The notes below the pieces were generated by a model that did not search any database, was not told the origin of the DNA, and saw only the letters and a list, made by a program, of their open reading frames with translations. Made by a program: the position numbers and the translations under genes. From Candidatus Marinacidobacterales bacterium (GTDB lineage: Bacteria > Acidobacteriota > Vicinamibacteria > Marinacidobacterales > SMYC01), in assembly GCA_965224085.1 (NCBI GenBank), contig CBDCYI010000011.1, forward strand, positions 480,001 through 544,000: a DNA stretch of 64,000 bases, written 5' to 3'. Shown here piece by piece: positions 40,700 to 51,412 of the stretch (within the stretch, counting starts at the first letter, position 1; each line of letters begins with the position of its first letter).

Positions 40700-40950
40700 G
40701 AGATGCGCGGGCGTGGCTACCGATATCATGTCGAAGGCAGAAAACTACACTTGCACTTCAAGCATAGGGAGGCGATTGCTCTTTATGAGAAAGCCGTGGA
40801 GGCGGACCCGGGTTTTGCTTTGGCGTTCAACGGACTCGCCGAAGCGCATGCCATGCTGGGATACTCGGGGAAAGCGTCGGAATACAGGAGGCAGACCCTC
40901 GAACACCTGGACCGGCTCCCCGCACGCAAGCGGTATTACATTGAGGGATC
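40700..40950 (+). pseudogene. TPR fragment, probably from a kinase-TPR gene
   Basis: AIALYEKAVEADPGFALAFNGLAEAHAMLG...LDRLPARKRYYIEG. Confidence 0.6.
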
Positions 40951-41056
40951 TTTCAAGCTAACCTGTTCAGCCCTTCTCGGCGGATTCGGGGGAGAGGCTT
41001 CAGCGCCCGGGACATCCGGGAGACTGTGTTTGCAAAGAGGGAAAAAGAATGTTGGT

Positions 41057-43342
41057 ATGCCGGCCATGAGCATTCGGACCTACCGTCTCGCGTGGTGGCT
41101 GAACGTTTTGTGCCTCTCGGGTGGAGGCCTCGCGGTCGGGCTGGCAGTGGAAGCGGCCGGGCAGGGGCGGCGACTCACCGTGGAGCGTATTGCATCGCTT
41201 CCGAGTCTCATTGGAACGGCGCCCTCGAGTCCCGTCTGGTCGCCCGACAGCTCGCGCTTGGCGTTCCTGTGGAACGATGAGGCACTGCCGTTTTGTGACG
41301 TCTGGGTGGTCGCCGCAACCGGCGGAGCTCCCGAGCGATGGACCGACATGGCCAGGGACTTTCCTTATCCCGAGACGGTCGCGTCCGATTCCATTGAGGC
41401 TCTCGCGGAGCGGGCCAGGGCTCGCGCCCGGTCGGGGGTTTCCGGGCTCACCTGGACACCGGATGGCCAGGCGCTGATCTTCGCTTACCGAGGGGATCTC
41501 TTTCGCTTTCAGGGAGATGGCAGCAAGCCCGAAAGGCTCACCCAATCCGGCCGAGGGAAGTCTCGACTCGCGTTTTCTTCCGACGGACGATTCCTATCGT
41601 TTCTACAGGGCGGCGATCTGTGGCTGTGGCACCAGGAGAGCAAACATCTGATCCAGGCAACCCGGGTGGGCGAGTCGCCCATCGGGTCGGTTCCGGGGGG
41701 CGCGTTCTTCCGTCTCGATGTGGAGTTTCGCTCGTTCAAGTGGTCACCGGATAGTCTGTTCGTGGCTCTCGATTTCATCGATCGCCGGAACGTTCGCAAG
41801 GTGCCGTTCCCGTACTACCTCGGCGAGGAAACGAGCATGAACGTCCTCCGCCGGGGTTATCCCGGTGATAGCGACGAGATCCGGATGGTGGGTATCTATT
41901 CGATCGAGGAAGGCATCGTCCGCTTCATCGAGCTTCCGGAAAAGACGTCCCGCGGCATTCTCGACTATTCCTGGTCACCCGACGGAAGCCAACTTCTCAT
42001 CGACCGGGACAGCGACGTTGCGGTGGACCGGTGGTTGTACGTGGTGAGCAGGGACGATCTGACCGTCCGGCAACTCTGGCACGATCGGGGCGAGCGGCGA
42101 GGCTATCCCGTCTTCAGCTCTTTTTGGCGAACCGACGGGCGGGGCGTGTTGTTCGTCGGGGATCTGGACGAGCGGTATCGTCTCTACTCCATGTCTTTGG
42201 ACGATGAGGCGCCCACCCGGCTCACCGCAGGAGAGTGGGATGTCGCCGGCTCCCGGGGGAGGGGCACCGTAGCGCTCGTCCCGCAGACGCGAGAGATTTT
42301 CTTCGTATCGAATCAGAAGAGCCCTTACGAGCGGCACGTCTATCGTATGCCGGAAGGCGGCGGTGCCGTGACGCAGGTTACCTCGCTCCCCGGAGTCCAC
42401 ACACCGTTCGTCTCCCCGGATGGCTCGAAGGTGGCTGTGCTGCACTCGAACGACGTGACCCCCACGGAGCTTTACATTGTCGATGCGAAAGGCGGAGCCG
42501 CCGAGCAAAGGATCACGCGCTCACCGCCGGACGAGTTTTACGACTATGAGTGGGCCGAGCCCCGCTATGTCACGTTCGAGAGCCGCATCGATGACTTTAC
42601 GCTGCACGGCCGCATCCTGGAGCCGCCGGGTCTGGACGAGTCGCAGAAGTATCCGGTTGTCCTCGGTCCCGTGTACTCGAATACGGTGCGCAACGAATGG
42701 CGCGGCCTCTATGGCACGCTCCAGCAGTTCATGGCGCTCGAGGGCGGCTACATCAATCTGCAGGTCGACATCCGAGGCAGTGTCGGTTACGGGAAGACGT
42801 TCCGCGAAATATTTCAGGGGGACTGGGGCGGAGGGGACATCGAGGATCTTCACAGTGGTGTGGAGTATCTCGAGACCCTTGCCTATGTGGATTCGGATCG
42901 CATCGGCATCTGGGGAAGCAGCTACGGCGGCACCCTGACGGTGTTCTCGTTGTTCGAGAAGCCGGGTCTCTACCGGGCGGGCGTGGCCGGTGCCCCCGCC
43001 GTCGACGTTGCCCACTTTACTCTCTACGATATGCACCTGTCGCGTCGCCCGAGTACCCATCCGGAGATCTTCAGCAAAGCTTCGGCGCTCAATTACGGTG
43101 AGAATTTGAAGGACCCACTTTTCATCATTCACGGCATGCAGGACGACATCGTTCCCTTCCGGACGTCGGTCCTGCTGGCGGAAAAGCTCATCCTGCTGGG
43201 TAAAGACTTCGATTTCGCCTTCGCACCCACCGCGCCCCACGGCTGGTCGCGGCAAGAGCACTATGCCGTTTTCCTTCTCCGCAAACTGGTCGCGTTCTTC
43301 GACCGCCATTTGGGACCCGGACCTCGACCGAAACAAGGATAG
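41057..43342 (+). CDS. S9 family dipeptidyl-peptidase IV-like peptidase
   Basis: Signal peptide; WSPD propeller; GIWGSSYGG, HGMQDDIV, APHGW catalytic triad. Confidence 0.88.
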   Translation: MPAMSIRTYRLAWWLNVLCLSGGGLAVGLAVEAAGQGRRLTVERIASLPSLIGTAPSSPVWSPDSSRLAFLWNDEALPFCDVWVVAATGGAPERWTDMARDFPYPETVASDSIEALAERARARARSGVSGLTWTPDGQALIFAYRGDLFRFQGDGSKPERLTQSGRGKSRLAFSSDGRFLSFLQGGDLWLWHQESKHLIQATRVGESPIGSVPGGAFFRLDVEFRSFKWSPDSLFVALDFIDRRNVRKVPFPYYLGEETSMNVLRRGYPGDSDEIRMVGIYSIEEGIVRFIELPEKTSRGILDYSWSPDGSQLLIDRDSDVAVDRWLYVVSRDDLTVRQLWHDRGERRGYPVFSSFWRTDGRGVLFVGDLDERYRLYSMSLDDEAPTRLTAGEWDVAGSRGRGTVALVPQTREIFFVSNQKSPYERHVYRMPEGGGAVTQVTSLPGVHTPFVSPDGSKVAVLHSNDVTPTELYIVDAKGGAAEQRITRSPPDEFYDYEWAEPRYVTFESRIDDFTLHGRILEPPGLDESQKYPVVLGPVYSNTVRNEWRGLYGTLQQFMALEGGYINLQVDIRGSVGYGKTFREIFQGDWGGGDIEDLHSGVEYLETLAYVDSDRIGIWGSSYGGTLTVFSLFEKPGLYRAGVAGAPAVDVAHFTLYDMHLSRRPSTHPEIFSKASALNYGENLKDPLFIIHGMQDDIVPFRTSVLLAEKLILLGKDFDFAFAPTAPHGWSRQEHYAVFLLRKLVAFFDRHLGPGPRPKQG

Positions 43343-43439
43343 GAAAAATCGACGCTCGTGGGCGCCAAACGTGAATCGCTCGCGGTATCAAGACGTCTCC
43401 CTCCCGTTGTGGGAATATAGCCTAAGCTCGACGCGCCCC

Positions 43440-45167
43440 TCAGCGAGGGACTACGGGAAGAAGAAGCGACGAGGGATGTTTTTCGTCGTGATGGATCCGG
43501 TGCGTGGCGACGGCGATGTCCGCCTCCGTTCCCTCCCCCACCGGCTTCGCCGCGTTGAGGTTTCGGTCGAAGCGCGGGAAGTTGGTGCTCGTGACGTGAA
43601 GCCGGACTCGGTGTCCGGCCTTGAACACGTTGCTCGTTTCCCAGAAGGCGACAACCACCTCGTGAGTCTCGTTCGGCTCGAGCCAGCGGGGTTCTTTGAC
43701 AGAGTCGCGATAGCGCGTCCGCACCATCCCTTCGGCGATGAGAATGGCGCGGCCGTCGGGGTAGACATCCGAGACCGTCGCAAAGAAATCGGTGTCGGGA
43801 ACGTTCGTCTCGAAGAAAAGACGCAGCTCGATGGCGCCCGTGACCTCGAGGTCGTCGGTAAGAGGCTCCGTCGCGTAGACGAGGACGTCCTGGCGTTGCT
43901 GGTTCACGCTCTGGTCGCGAGGACCGTGAGGCGTCAGCCCGCCGCCACAGCAACCGCTGCCGCCATAGGTCGGGACCGGATTGCGCGGATCGTAGCGATA
44001 GGTGTCGGGCTGGTCCTCTCCGGGAGGCGCGCGGCTCAGCTCACCGTCGCCGAATCGTGTGTTGGCGGCGCCGTCACTCCTCAAATAGAAGCGTGTGGGT
44101 TGCACCCGCTCAATAGGCCACGCCTCCTCATCTCGCCAGACGTTGTCCCCCATAACGAAGATACGGATAGGCGCTTCCGCGTCCAGTCCGTTCTCGCTAC
44201 CTTTTAGATGGTAGTCGTACCAACGCAAGTGCAGCCCATCGACGTCGATGAGCGCGCCGGAGCCAAAGTCGACGTCGCCGTAGCGGGAGCTCCGAGGAAA
44301 GCCGTGCCCCCAGGGACCGATGAGAAGTTTCTGCCAGCGGCGCGCATGTGCCGAGCGCGAAGTGGCGCGCATGTTGGTGAAATTCACGATCGTTTCGTGA
44401 ACGAGGTCGTCATACCACCCGGTGATGTGGAAAGCGGGGACGTCCATCTCGTGATAGAGATGACGGATGCTCATCTTCCGCCAGAAGTTATCGTAGGTCG
44501 CATGACCCAGGGTCTGGGACACGAACGGAGATTCGAGGCCGAGCTGACCCAGCGCATCTTTCACGGGTAAGTGCATCATCAACGGCATCCAGTTCACGTC
44601 CGGGCGCGCGCCGCCGGCAGCGAGAGCCGCCTGGCTCGCCCCCCAGCGCAGCGCGAGCGCGAGGTGATAGAGGCCGTCGGTGTACCAGATGCTTCCGTAG
44701 TTATCGGACTGCGCGGCCACCGGCACGATGGCTTTCACATATTCACTGCGTTGCGGCGCCGGAAGTAGCTGCGTGAAGCCCGGGTAGGAGGTCCCGAACA
44801 TTCCTATCGTTCCGTCACACCACGATTGACGTCCTATCCACTCCTGGGTGTCATAGCCGTCGTCAGCCTCGGTTACGTACGGGCGCCACTCGCCTTCGGA
44901 CTGGTAGATGCCGCGTGAGTCGACGATAACGACGCCGTAGCCGTGGCGCATGAGCCGCTCGGCGCGGTCGCGACCCCGTGTTTTGTCGTACGGCGAGCGG
45001 CTGAGAAGAACGGGAAACGGACCCGACCCGTCAGGCAAATACACGTCTGCGGCGAGCTTTACGCCGTCGCGCATCGGAATGGGGACGTTCTCACGAACTT
45101 CGCTCGCCGCGACGCTCGCACGGAAGATGCAGACGCACAAGCAGAAGAGACTCAGAGTTCGCGTCAT
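43440..45167 (-). CDS. CocE/NonD family hydrolase
   Basis: MRDGVKLAADVYLP, GTSYPG, GWYD, GPWGH, NFPRFDRN. Confidence 0.9.
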   Translation of the reverse strand: MTRTLSLFCLCVCIFRASVAASEVRENVPIPMRDGVKLAADVYLPDGSGPFPVLLSRSPYDKTRGRDRAERLMRHGYGVVIVDSRGIYQSEGEWRPYVTEADDGYDTQEWIGRQSWCDGTIGMFGTSYPGFTQLLPAPQRSEYVKAIVPVAAQSDNYGSIWYTDGLYHLALALRWGASQAALAAGGARPDVNWMPLMMHLPVKDALGQLGLESPFVSQTLGHATYDNFWRKMSIRHLYHEMDVPAFHITGWYDDLVHETIVNFTNMRATSRSAHARRWQKLLIGPWGHGFPRSSRYGDVDFGSGALIDVDGLHLRWYDYHLKGSENGLDAEAPIRIFVMGDNVWRDEEAWPIERVQPTRFYLRSDGAANTRFGDGELSRAPPGEDQPDTYRYDPRNPVPTYGGSGCCGGGLTPHGPRDQSVNQQRQDVLVYATEPLTDDLEVTGAIELRLFFETNVPDTDFFATVSDVYPDGRAILIAEGMVRTRYRDSVKEPRWLEPNETHEVVVAFWETSNVFKAGHRVRLHVTSTNFPRFDRNLNAAKPVGEGTEADIAVATHRIHHDEKHPSSLLLPVVPR

Positions 45168-45922
45168 TTCTCGAGCTCCAACGAAGGTCCGACAAGCGAA
45201 GGCCCGTCCGTGATTTCGGTGGTCCAACTCTCGCCCACATCCAAGGAATGAGCTCCTGTCAGAGCACCGGTCGTCACGATCTCACCTGGCTCGAGGGGGG
45301 GCGCGTCACTCTGTCGTTCGATCACGTCGACCAGCCAGTCGATCGCGGGCACGGGTCCTCCGAGAATGCTCTTCGCATTCCCCCGCGCGACGAGCTCTCC
45401 GTTTCGCGACAGCGCTAGCTCGAGCTCATCCAAGTGGTCCACGTCAGATGAAGGCTCCCCCACGAGGAGCTCGCGGTGGAGGCCGAAATCGGCGACCGCA
45501 TCGGCACAGTTGAACTCCCAATCTGGAAAATGGCATTGAACGATCTCGTAGCCGAGCGCGGCCCACTCGATCGCGACGGGCGCTAGCGCGGCAAGCTTCA
45601 CCACGACTTCGACTTCGATGCGCGGACCGACCGCGCCCACGAGAGAGTGTCGCGCTGTCTCGCCGTCCTGGAACTGTACGGTGGAATCGTATATCGGCGC
45701 CCAGATCGGCTCCGACAGCCCGAGCTCCGGCCAGATGGATTGATTGGTGAAGCCGAGTTTTCTTCCCACCATGCGGCTGCCTCGATCGATCCACGCTCGA
45801 CGCAACTCCTCGGCGACAGCGTAGGCCTGTTCCAGGTCAAAGCCCGTGTCTCTTCTGGAAGGAGGCGGGACGAGCCCGGCTGTGAGACGTGCCCGCAAAA
45901 GCTCTTCGGCGTTACGGCTCAC
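45164..45922 (-). CDS. 2-keto-4-pentenoate hydratase-like (FAH superfamily) protein
   Basis: AYAVA...GRKLGFTN...PRIEVE...ADFG...LEPGEIVTTGALT; ATGA overlap with the CocE gene. Confidence 0.85.
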   Translation of the reverse strand: MSRNAEELLRARLTAGLVPPPSRRDTGFDLEQAYAVAEELRRAWIDRGSRMVGRKLGFTNQSIWPELGLSEPIWAPIYDSTVQFQDGETARHSLVGAVGPRIEVEVVVKLAALAPVAIEWAALGYEIVQCHFPDWEFNCADAVADFGLHRELLVGEPSSDVDHLDELELALSRNGELVARGNAKSILGGPVPAIDWLVDVIERQSDAPPLEPGEIVTTGALTGAHSLDVGESWTTEITDGPSLVGPSLELEK

Positions 45923-46451
45923 TCGTTGGGCCACCTTCGGAAAGCCAGTGCTCGAACCACTGAAAGTTGCGCTCCATCGCATCCCGGATATGCTTCGGCT
46001 CCCTGAGACCGTGGGGCTCGCGCGGATAGATCACCATCTCGACGGTCACACCGTTTAGCGTTAGGGCCCGGTAGAAGGCCGTACCTTGGGAAAGCGGGAC
46101 GCGCACGTCTTCCTCACCGTGCTGGATGAGACTTGGTGTTTTGGCGTTATGGGCGAAGTGCTCGGGCGCGTGCCGGAGGTAATCCACATCGTCGTCCCAA
46201 GGCTTCCCGCCGAAATAGGCTTCGGTGAAGTCGGGAATATCGGTCACGCCGTAGAAGCTGTAGGGGTTCGTCAACCGGTGCGCCGATGGATGCGGCTTTG
46301 AACCGATCGGTATTGCCCAGCGGCCATCGGGTGCGGCGATCACTTGCGAGAGCGACCTGTACTCGAGAATCTCGTTGATGGAGGCCGCCTCGATGAATGT
46401 CGCAGCACAGAAGATCACCAAAGAGATCGTTCCGATTTTCCGCCATGTCAT
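45912..46451 (-). pseudogene. Internally deleted S9 peptidase
   Basis: Signal peptide plus first propeller strand joined to the C-terminal TPSLIQHGEEDVRVP...YPREPHG. Confidence 0.72.
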
Positions 46452-46983
46452 CCACCACCTCCTGGTGCTCAATGCTCGCAGCAGGCTGCGCACTCGTTTC
46501 TTCATCCGCCTGCTAGGGGTCTTATATCACCGTTCAAATTAGATTGACGTCGACGGACGGGTCAATCGTAAGATGCTGCGCTCCGTCAGACCTAGCCGCA
46601 CGGAAAAACAATATGGATGAGTCAATAATATCAGTCGGATGGAGGTCCTATGTCGAGCCGTAGCTCAGTCCGGGCCGCACCCACCTAGCAATTGATGAGC
46701 CGCGGCGGAACAGCTGTGCTCGGGTTGGTCGAGATCGGGTAACGCAACAGCCTGACAGATTACTAGAATTCTTGCCTAAACGGACAATAATGCAGCACCA
46801 AACGCGTCCGTCATGCCTTACGGATAACTCCCCGGAGGAGAACGTACAATAACCGGAACTCGATTTTCTCGGCCCAACGGCTCGTCTATCATCTAATGGA
46901 CGATTTCTTACTGGAGGCAACCCGAGTCTTGAGTTAGAAGGTGCTATACGTCGCGCCGCGAGAGCATTGTTTACAATTACTTC

Positions 46984-47724
46984 ATGTTCAAACTGTTGAT
47001 GGAGGCCGAAGCAATCGATTTCTGTCAGGTCGACGCCGACCCGCTCGGCGGACTGAAGGCCTGGCACGCGCGCCGATCGGTTCAACTCGGCATTTTATCT
47101 TACCTGATACTCGCAGCGGTAACGGTGGGCGAGGTCGAGGCCCAGCGCAGGCGTTCACCCGCATATGGATTTCGCGCGATCGAGATAGCCCCTTTTGTCG
47201 GATATCAAGTCGGTGGTCAGGCGGGATCCTTTCAGGGTCGCCTAGATATCCGCGGCGGTCTCGCCTACGGGATCGCGTTCGACATTCGGGTCCGGCCGGA
47301 CGCGACGATCGAGCTGGTCTATAACCGCCAAGAGACCGATCTAGACATTCAGGACAATCGGCCTCTCATCCCGGAGCGCTCCCGCATCGGACTCGCTGTC
47401 GAGTATTTCCACTTCGGCGGGACGGTGGAGTTCGGCCAAAAGCGCATGCGACCCTACTTCGCGATGACGATTGGGGCGAGTCGCTTCGATCCCAAAGTGG
47501 AGCAAGCGGGCGATGAGTGGCGTTTCTCCGTCGCGTTTGGTGGCGGCTTCAAGTACTACGTCTCGGACCGCTTAGCCTTGCGCGTCGACGCTCGCGTCTA
47601 TCCGACATTCCTGAGCACGAATGGCGGCTTTTTTTGCTCGCTACCCGGAGGCTGTCTCGTGTCGATCACGGGCGACTTCCTGGTACAAGCCAACGCCACC
47701 GCCGGACTCGCTTTCGCTTTCTAG
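46984..47724 (+). CDS. Outer-membrane beta-barrel protein
   Basis: EIAPFVGY, PYF, FGGGFKYY, LRVDAR, C-terminal AGLAFAF; true start probably about 100 nt downstream. Confidence 0.75.
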   Translation: MFKLLMEAEAIDFCQVDADPLGGLKAWHARRSVQLGILSYLILAAVTVGEVEAQRRRSPAYGFRAIEIAPFVGYQVGGQAGSFQGRLDIRGGLAYGIAFDIRVRPDATIELVYNRQETDLDIQDNRPLIPERSRIGLAVEYFHFGGTVEFGQKRMRPYFAMTIGASRFDPKVEQAGDEWRFSVAFGGGFKYYVSDRLALRVDARVYPTFLSTNGGFFCSLPGGCLVSITGDFLVQANATAGLAFAF

Positions 47725-47853
47725 AGGCCAAAAGTGGGTCGCTCACCCGGAAGGTAGTGCGGACTGCCATTTTGCCGTGGAGCCCGCTGCTTTCTGTCCC
47801 GGACGAGGCACCTCCGGGGAACGGCGCGCTTGCGCCGACGTCGAATCTGGGGC

Positions 47854-48084
47854 TTAAGAAAAAAACGTCGCTTTGAACGCTTCATGTTTGCGCCGGGCCT
47901 TCTCGAGAACAGCATCGAGGCCGGAGTTTTCCCTGGCCGGATCAACAAACCGGCATTTGAGCAGGTGCGGATAGGCGAAAAAGCCGCGCTCCACCGCCGT
48001 ATCGAGCACGGAGACACACTTGTCAATCTCTCCGTTTGTGCAATACACGCCGGCGAGGAAAAACCACCCTTCACTGTCAGACAA
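47854..48084 (-). pseudogene. C-terminal TPR tail fragment of a kinase-type gene
   Basis: DSEGWFFLAGVY...AVERGFFAYP...ARRKHEAFKATFF. Confidence 0.55.
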
Positions 48085-48133
48085 GACCTATGGCCGAATT
48101 CCGGATACAATTCCCTGCACGAGGTACGCTGCG

Positions 48134-48568
48134 ATGGAATGGAAACGTGTTCGCAGTACTCAGTCGGACGGCGTCGCGAGAGTTGTACGAATAGCCCTGG
48201 GAGCCCTCTTCCTGATGACGGGAGCGATGAAGCTCGTTGTCCCGATGTTGGCCGCCGCTTGGGCCGGTCAACTTGCCGCCGCCAACATTCCACTACTAGA
48301 GCTCAACCGTTGGGTCGTTCCCGTCGTCGAGATGGGGGTTGGCGTGGCTCTCTTGCTCGGGCTCTACACACGGATTGCGATTTTGGTGGTGTTGAACATC
48401 ATGGCCGTCGCGACATACGTGCATCTCGTGGTGGATGACCTGGCGCTGTTCCCGTTGCAGCCGGCCGCGCCCATCATCCCAGCCGTGGTGACGCTTCTCG
48501 CTGTCTACCTTCTGGTGAAGGGTGGAGGATCGGGGAGCCTCGATCTGAAAGCGATAACTTCCCAATAG
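48134..48568 (+). CDS. DoxX family membrane protein
   Basis: RIALGALFLMTGAMKL...VEMGVGVALLLGLYTRIA...GGGSGSLD. Confidence 0.85.
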   Translation: MEWKRVRSTQSDGVARVVRIALGALFLMTGAMKLVVPMLAAAWAGQLAAANIPLLELNRWVVPVVEMGVGVALLLGLYTRIAILVVLNIMAVATYVHLVVDDLALFPLQPAAPIIPAVVTLLAVYLLVKGGGSGSLDLKAITSQ

Positions 48569-48654
48569 CGATACGCCGGAGACCCGGTACGCAGCAGACG
48601 ATGGAAAGCGCGAAGTGAGTCGTCAATGACGAAGAACCCAGGGGGACCTGTTAT

Positions 48655-49135
48655 ATGGATGCACAGGCAATTTTCGGACTGCAGTTTATCCTGAGTCTTG
48701 CCATATGGAGCTTGATTGCAAAGTGGTTGTTGGCTCCATGTCTGGATCACGAGCCGCGGCACCAGGCTCTCTTCTGGCTGACGCTGCCGCACGCGTTTCG
48801 CCACGTTGGAATGGTTTTCCTCGTCCCCGGGGGTCGTTGCGCAACCGCTGCCAGAAGCTTTCGCTATTCCTGCCGCCTACGGGGACTTACTTACGGGTGT
48901 TCTGGCGTTACTTGCGCTCATCGCCCTTCGGATGCGCTGGGGCGGGATGTCGGCGCTGGTCTGGCTCTTCAACATTGTCGGCACGGTCGACCTTCTGAAT
49001 GCGCTCCGACATTTGAATGTCGCGCCAGACTTCGGGGCGGCTTGGTACATTCCTACATTTCTCGTGCCGTTGCTGCTGGTCACTCATTTCATGATCTTCG
49101 CGCGGCTCTTGAGGCGTGGCGCTGAATCAGGTTGA
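48655..49135 (+). pseudogene. Membrane protein split by a frameshift in a CCCCGGGGG run (about 48825-48834)
   Basis: PHAFRHVGMVFLVPG continues as VVAQPLPEAFAIPAAYGDL in another frame; could be a sequencing indel. Confidence 0.65.
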
Positions 49136-49226
49136 ATGGCTCCCTCCCGACTTGCCGGGCCTGATCCAACCGCCCGAGGGGGCGCGACGATTAATACCCC
49201 GTTCAGGGGTATCGTGGCTCTACTAA

Positions 49227-50586
49227 GGGTCTGTTACATATTAATATTTACAATACACTGTCATTGCTGCTATCCTCTGCTGGTTGCGAGACTATACGAG
49301 GATGGCAACAGATCGAAAGGTACCAGAGTCTGAGCGTCACTGGTTGAGGGTGCTGGGGACGTTGAACGAAGCGCAAGCGCGTGTTTTTGTGGCTCAACGG
49401 GCGCTTGAAGAAGGACGCGGCGGGGTCAGTCGGCTGTCACGACTTACGGGGATGTCGCGGCCGACCATCATGAAGGGCGTGGCGGAACTCAAAGCGAAAG
49501 CGCCGATAGTTGATGACGACAGCGCCCGAGTGCGCAAGCCTGGCGGGGGGAGAAAGCGGGTCGAGGAGTTAGACCCGAGAATCGAGCGGCAGCTGAAGAA
49601 GATCCTCGACGAAAGAACCGCCGGCGACCCGATGAAGCATCTCAAATGGACGAACAAGTCCACGAGAGCGATGGCGGAGGAGCTTGAACGCAAAGGTCAC
49701 GATGTCTCGCACGTGACAGTTGCTCGACGCCTAGGAGAAATGGGTTACTCGCTGCAAGCTAACGTGAAGAGACTGGAAGGGGATCAGCACCCGGATCGGG
49801 ACAAACAGTTTCGTTACATCAACAAGCAAGTAAGCAAGTTCATGCGAAGCAAGGATCCGGTCGTGAGCGTCGATACCAAGAAGAAGGAATTGATAGGAGC
49901 CTTTGAAAACAGGGGTAAAACGTGGAGGAAGAAGAAGGGCGGAGGTGAGCCGGTTCTTGTACACGACTTCCCCAGTATGGCTGAGGGCAAAGCAATTCCC
50001 TATGGGACTTACGATGTGTCCCGCGACGAAGCGCTGGTCAACGTCGGCATTACTCACGAGACTGCGGAATTCGAGGTAGAAAGCATCCGGAGATGGTGGC
50101 GCATACTCGGAAAAAAGTCTTATCCGATGGCGAAACGTCTGCTTGTTTGCGCGGACGCCGGTGGAAGCAACGGAAACCGGCTGCGAGGCTGGAAGCTCCA
50201 CCTCCAAAAGCTATCGGACCAACTGAAGATTCCCATCACCGTATGCCACTATCCACCGGGAACCAGTAAATGGAACAAAATCGAACATCGACTATTCTCC
50301 TTTGTCAGCATGAACTGGAAAGGACGGCCTCTCGTGAGCTACGAGGCGGTCGTCAATCTTATCGGCAACACCAAGACCCGAACCGGCTTGAAGGTAAAGG
50401 CCATGCTGGACAAGAACTCCTACGAGACAGGCCAGAAGGTCAGTAACGAAGAAATGCAGGAGCTTCGACTCAAAATCCACCCCTTCCACGGCAACTGGAA
50501 TTACACTCTCCATCCCCGACGTGCTTGATTGAGGGTATTAATTCTTACCGAACTCGTATTTGTAAATATTATTATGTAACAGAACC
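49227..50586 (+). mobile_element. ISAzo13-family insertion sequence, intact, 1360 bp
   Basis: IRs GGGTCTGTTACATATTAATATTTACAA and (reverse complement) GGTTCTGTTACATAATAATATTTACAA; TAA duplicated on both sides. Confidence 0.88.
49302..50528 (+). CDS. ISAzo13-family transposase
   Basis: HPDRDKQF, SVDTKKKELIG, ADAGGSNG, HYPPGTSKWNKIEHRLFS. Confidence 0.93.
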   Translation: MATDRKVPESERHWLRVLGTLNEAQARVFVAQRALEEGRGGVSRLSRLTGMSRPTIMKGVAELKAKAPIVDDDSARVRKPGGGRKRVEELDPRIERQLKKILDERTAGDPMKHLKWTNKSTRAMAEELERKGHDVSHVTVARRLGEMGYSLQANVKRLEGDQHPDRDKQFRYINKQVSKFMRSKDPVVSVDTKKKELIGAFENRGKTWRKKKGGGEPVLVHDFPSMAEGKAIPYGTYDVSRDEALVNVGITHETAEFEVESIRRWWRILGKKSYPMAKRLLVCADAGGSNGNRLRGWKLHLQKLSDQLKIPITVCHYPPGTSKWNKIEHRLFSFVSMNWKGRPLVSYEAVVNLIGNTKTRTGLKVKAMLDKNSYETGQKVSNEEMQELRLKIHPFHGNWNYTLHPRRA

Positions 50587-50717
50587 TAAGAGGGCTCGAT
50601 TGGCGTTGACGTGATTCATCTAGTCAGCGCGCGACCTGGTCACGGGACGGATTGGAATGCGTCAAGCGAGCAAGTTAGCGCGCTATTTTTCACGCATCAT
50701 GGAAAGGACGGAAAGAG

Positions 50718-51263
50718 ATGGCGGACCTGGACACGCTACTGGATCGCAACCGGAGCTTTGCTGAACAATTCGAGGGGAGAGAACTCAACATTCGACCCCG
50801 CATGTCGATGATCATCCTGACCTGCCTCGACGCGCGCGTCGACCCTGCACATCTCTTCGGGCTCGGGCTCGGCGACGCAGTCGTTATCCGCAACGCGGGC
50901 GGCAGGATCACCCCTGCAGTGATGAGAGATCTTGCTGTCCTCAGCGTTCTCGCCGCCAATTTGCCGGGACCCGGCGCCGCGCAGCTGCAACTCGTCGTTA
51001 TCCACCATAACGACTGCGGAATGGCGCGCCTTGCCAACCCGGCCATCCAGCAACAGGTGGCGAAACGGCTCAGCCTGAGTGACGACGAAGTCGCAGCGAT
51101 GGCGGTCACCGAGCCCGCTAGGACGGTTCAAGCCGACATCGAGCGACTCCGCCGCACACCTGGAACACCAGACGCGCTCATCGTCGCCGGCCTCGTCTAT
51201 GACGTAGGAACCGGCACGGTAGACGAGGTTGCGCCTCCGGCCCCACTCCGCGCCGCCACCTGA
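50718..51263 (+). CDS. Beta-class carbonic anhydrase
   Basis: TCLDARV, RNAGGR, HHNDCG zinc ligands. Confidence 0.9.
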   Translation: MADLDTLLDRNRSFAEQFEGRELNIRPRMSMIILTCLDARVDPAHLFGLGLGDAVVIRNAGGRITPAVMRDLAVLSVLAANLPGPGAAQLQLVVIHHNDCGMARLANPAIQQQVAKRLSLSDDEVAAMAVTEPARTVQADIERLRRTPGTPDALIVAGLVYDVGTGTVDEVAPPAPLRAAT

Positions 51264-51412
51264 TTCCAAGGCGGACCTCGCCTGGACGCCGGGCAGGAGG
51301 AGGAGAGCGACCCCGAGCGACAACGTAACTGCCCAGGGGTCGTTCGCGCTCGCGGAGAGGGTCCCATATGATGCCGCGCCAAGAGGATCTTGAATGGAAG
51401 GTGGGAAGTTCA

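Noticed and set aside
40475-41056. TPR-S9 peptidase fusion suggested by the 955-aa ORF
   Set aside because: A signal peptide begins at about 41057 and the upstream part is a TPR remnant plus non-coding-like sequence that is in frame by chance.
46550-46950. Lower-GC intergenic stretch as a possible ncRNA
   Set aside because: No convincing stems, terminator or recognisable motif found by eye.
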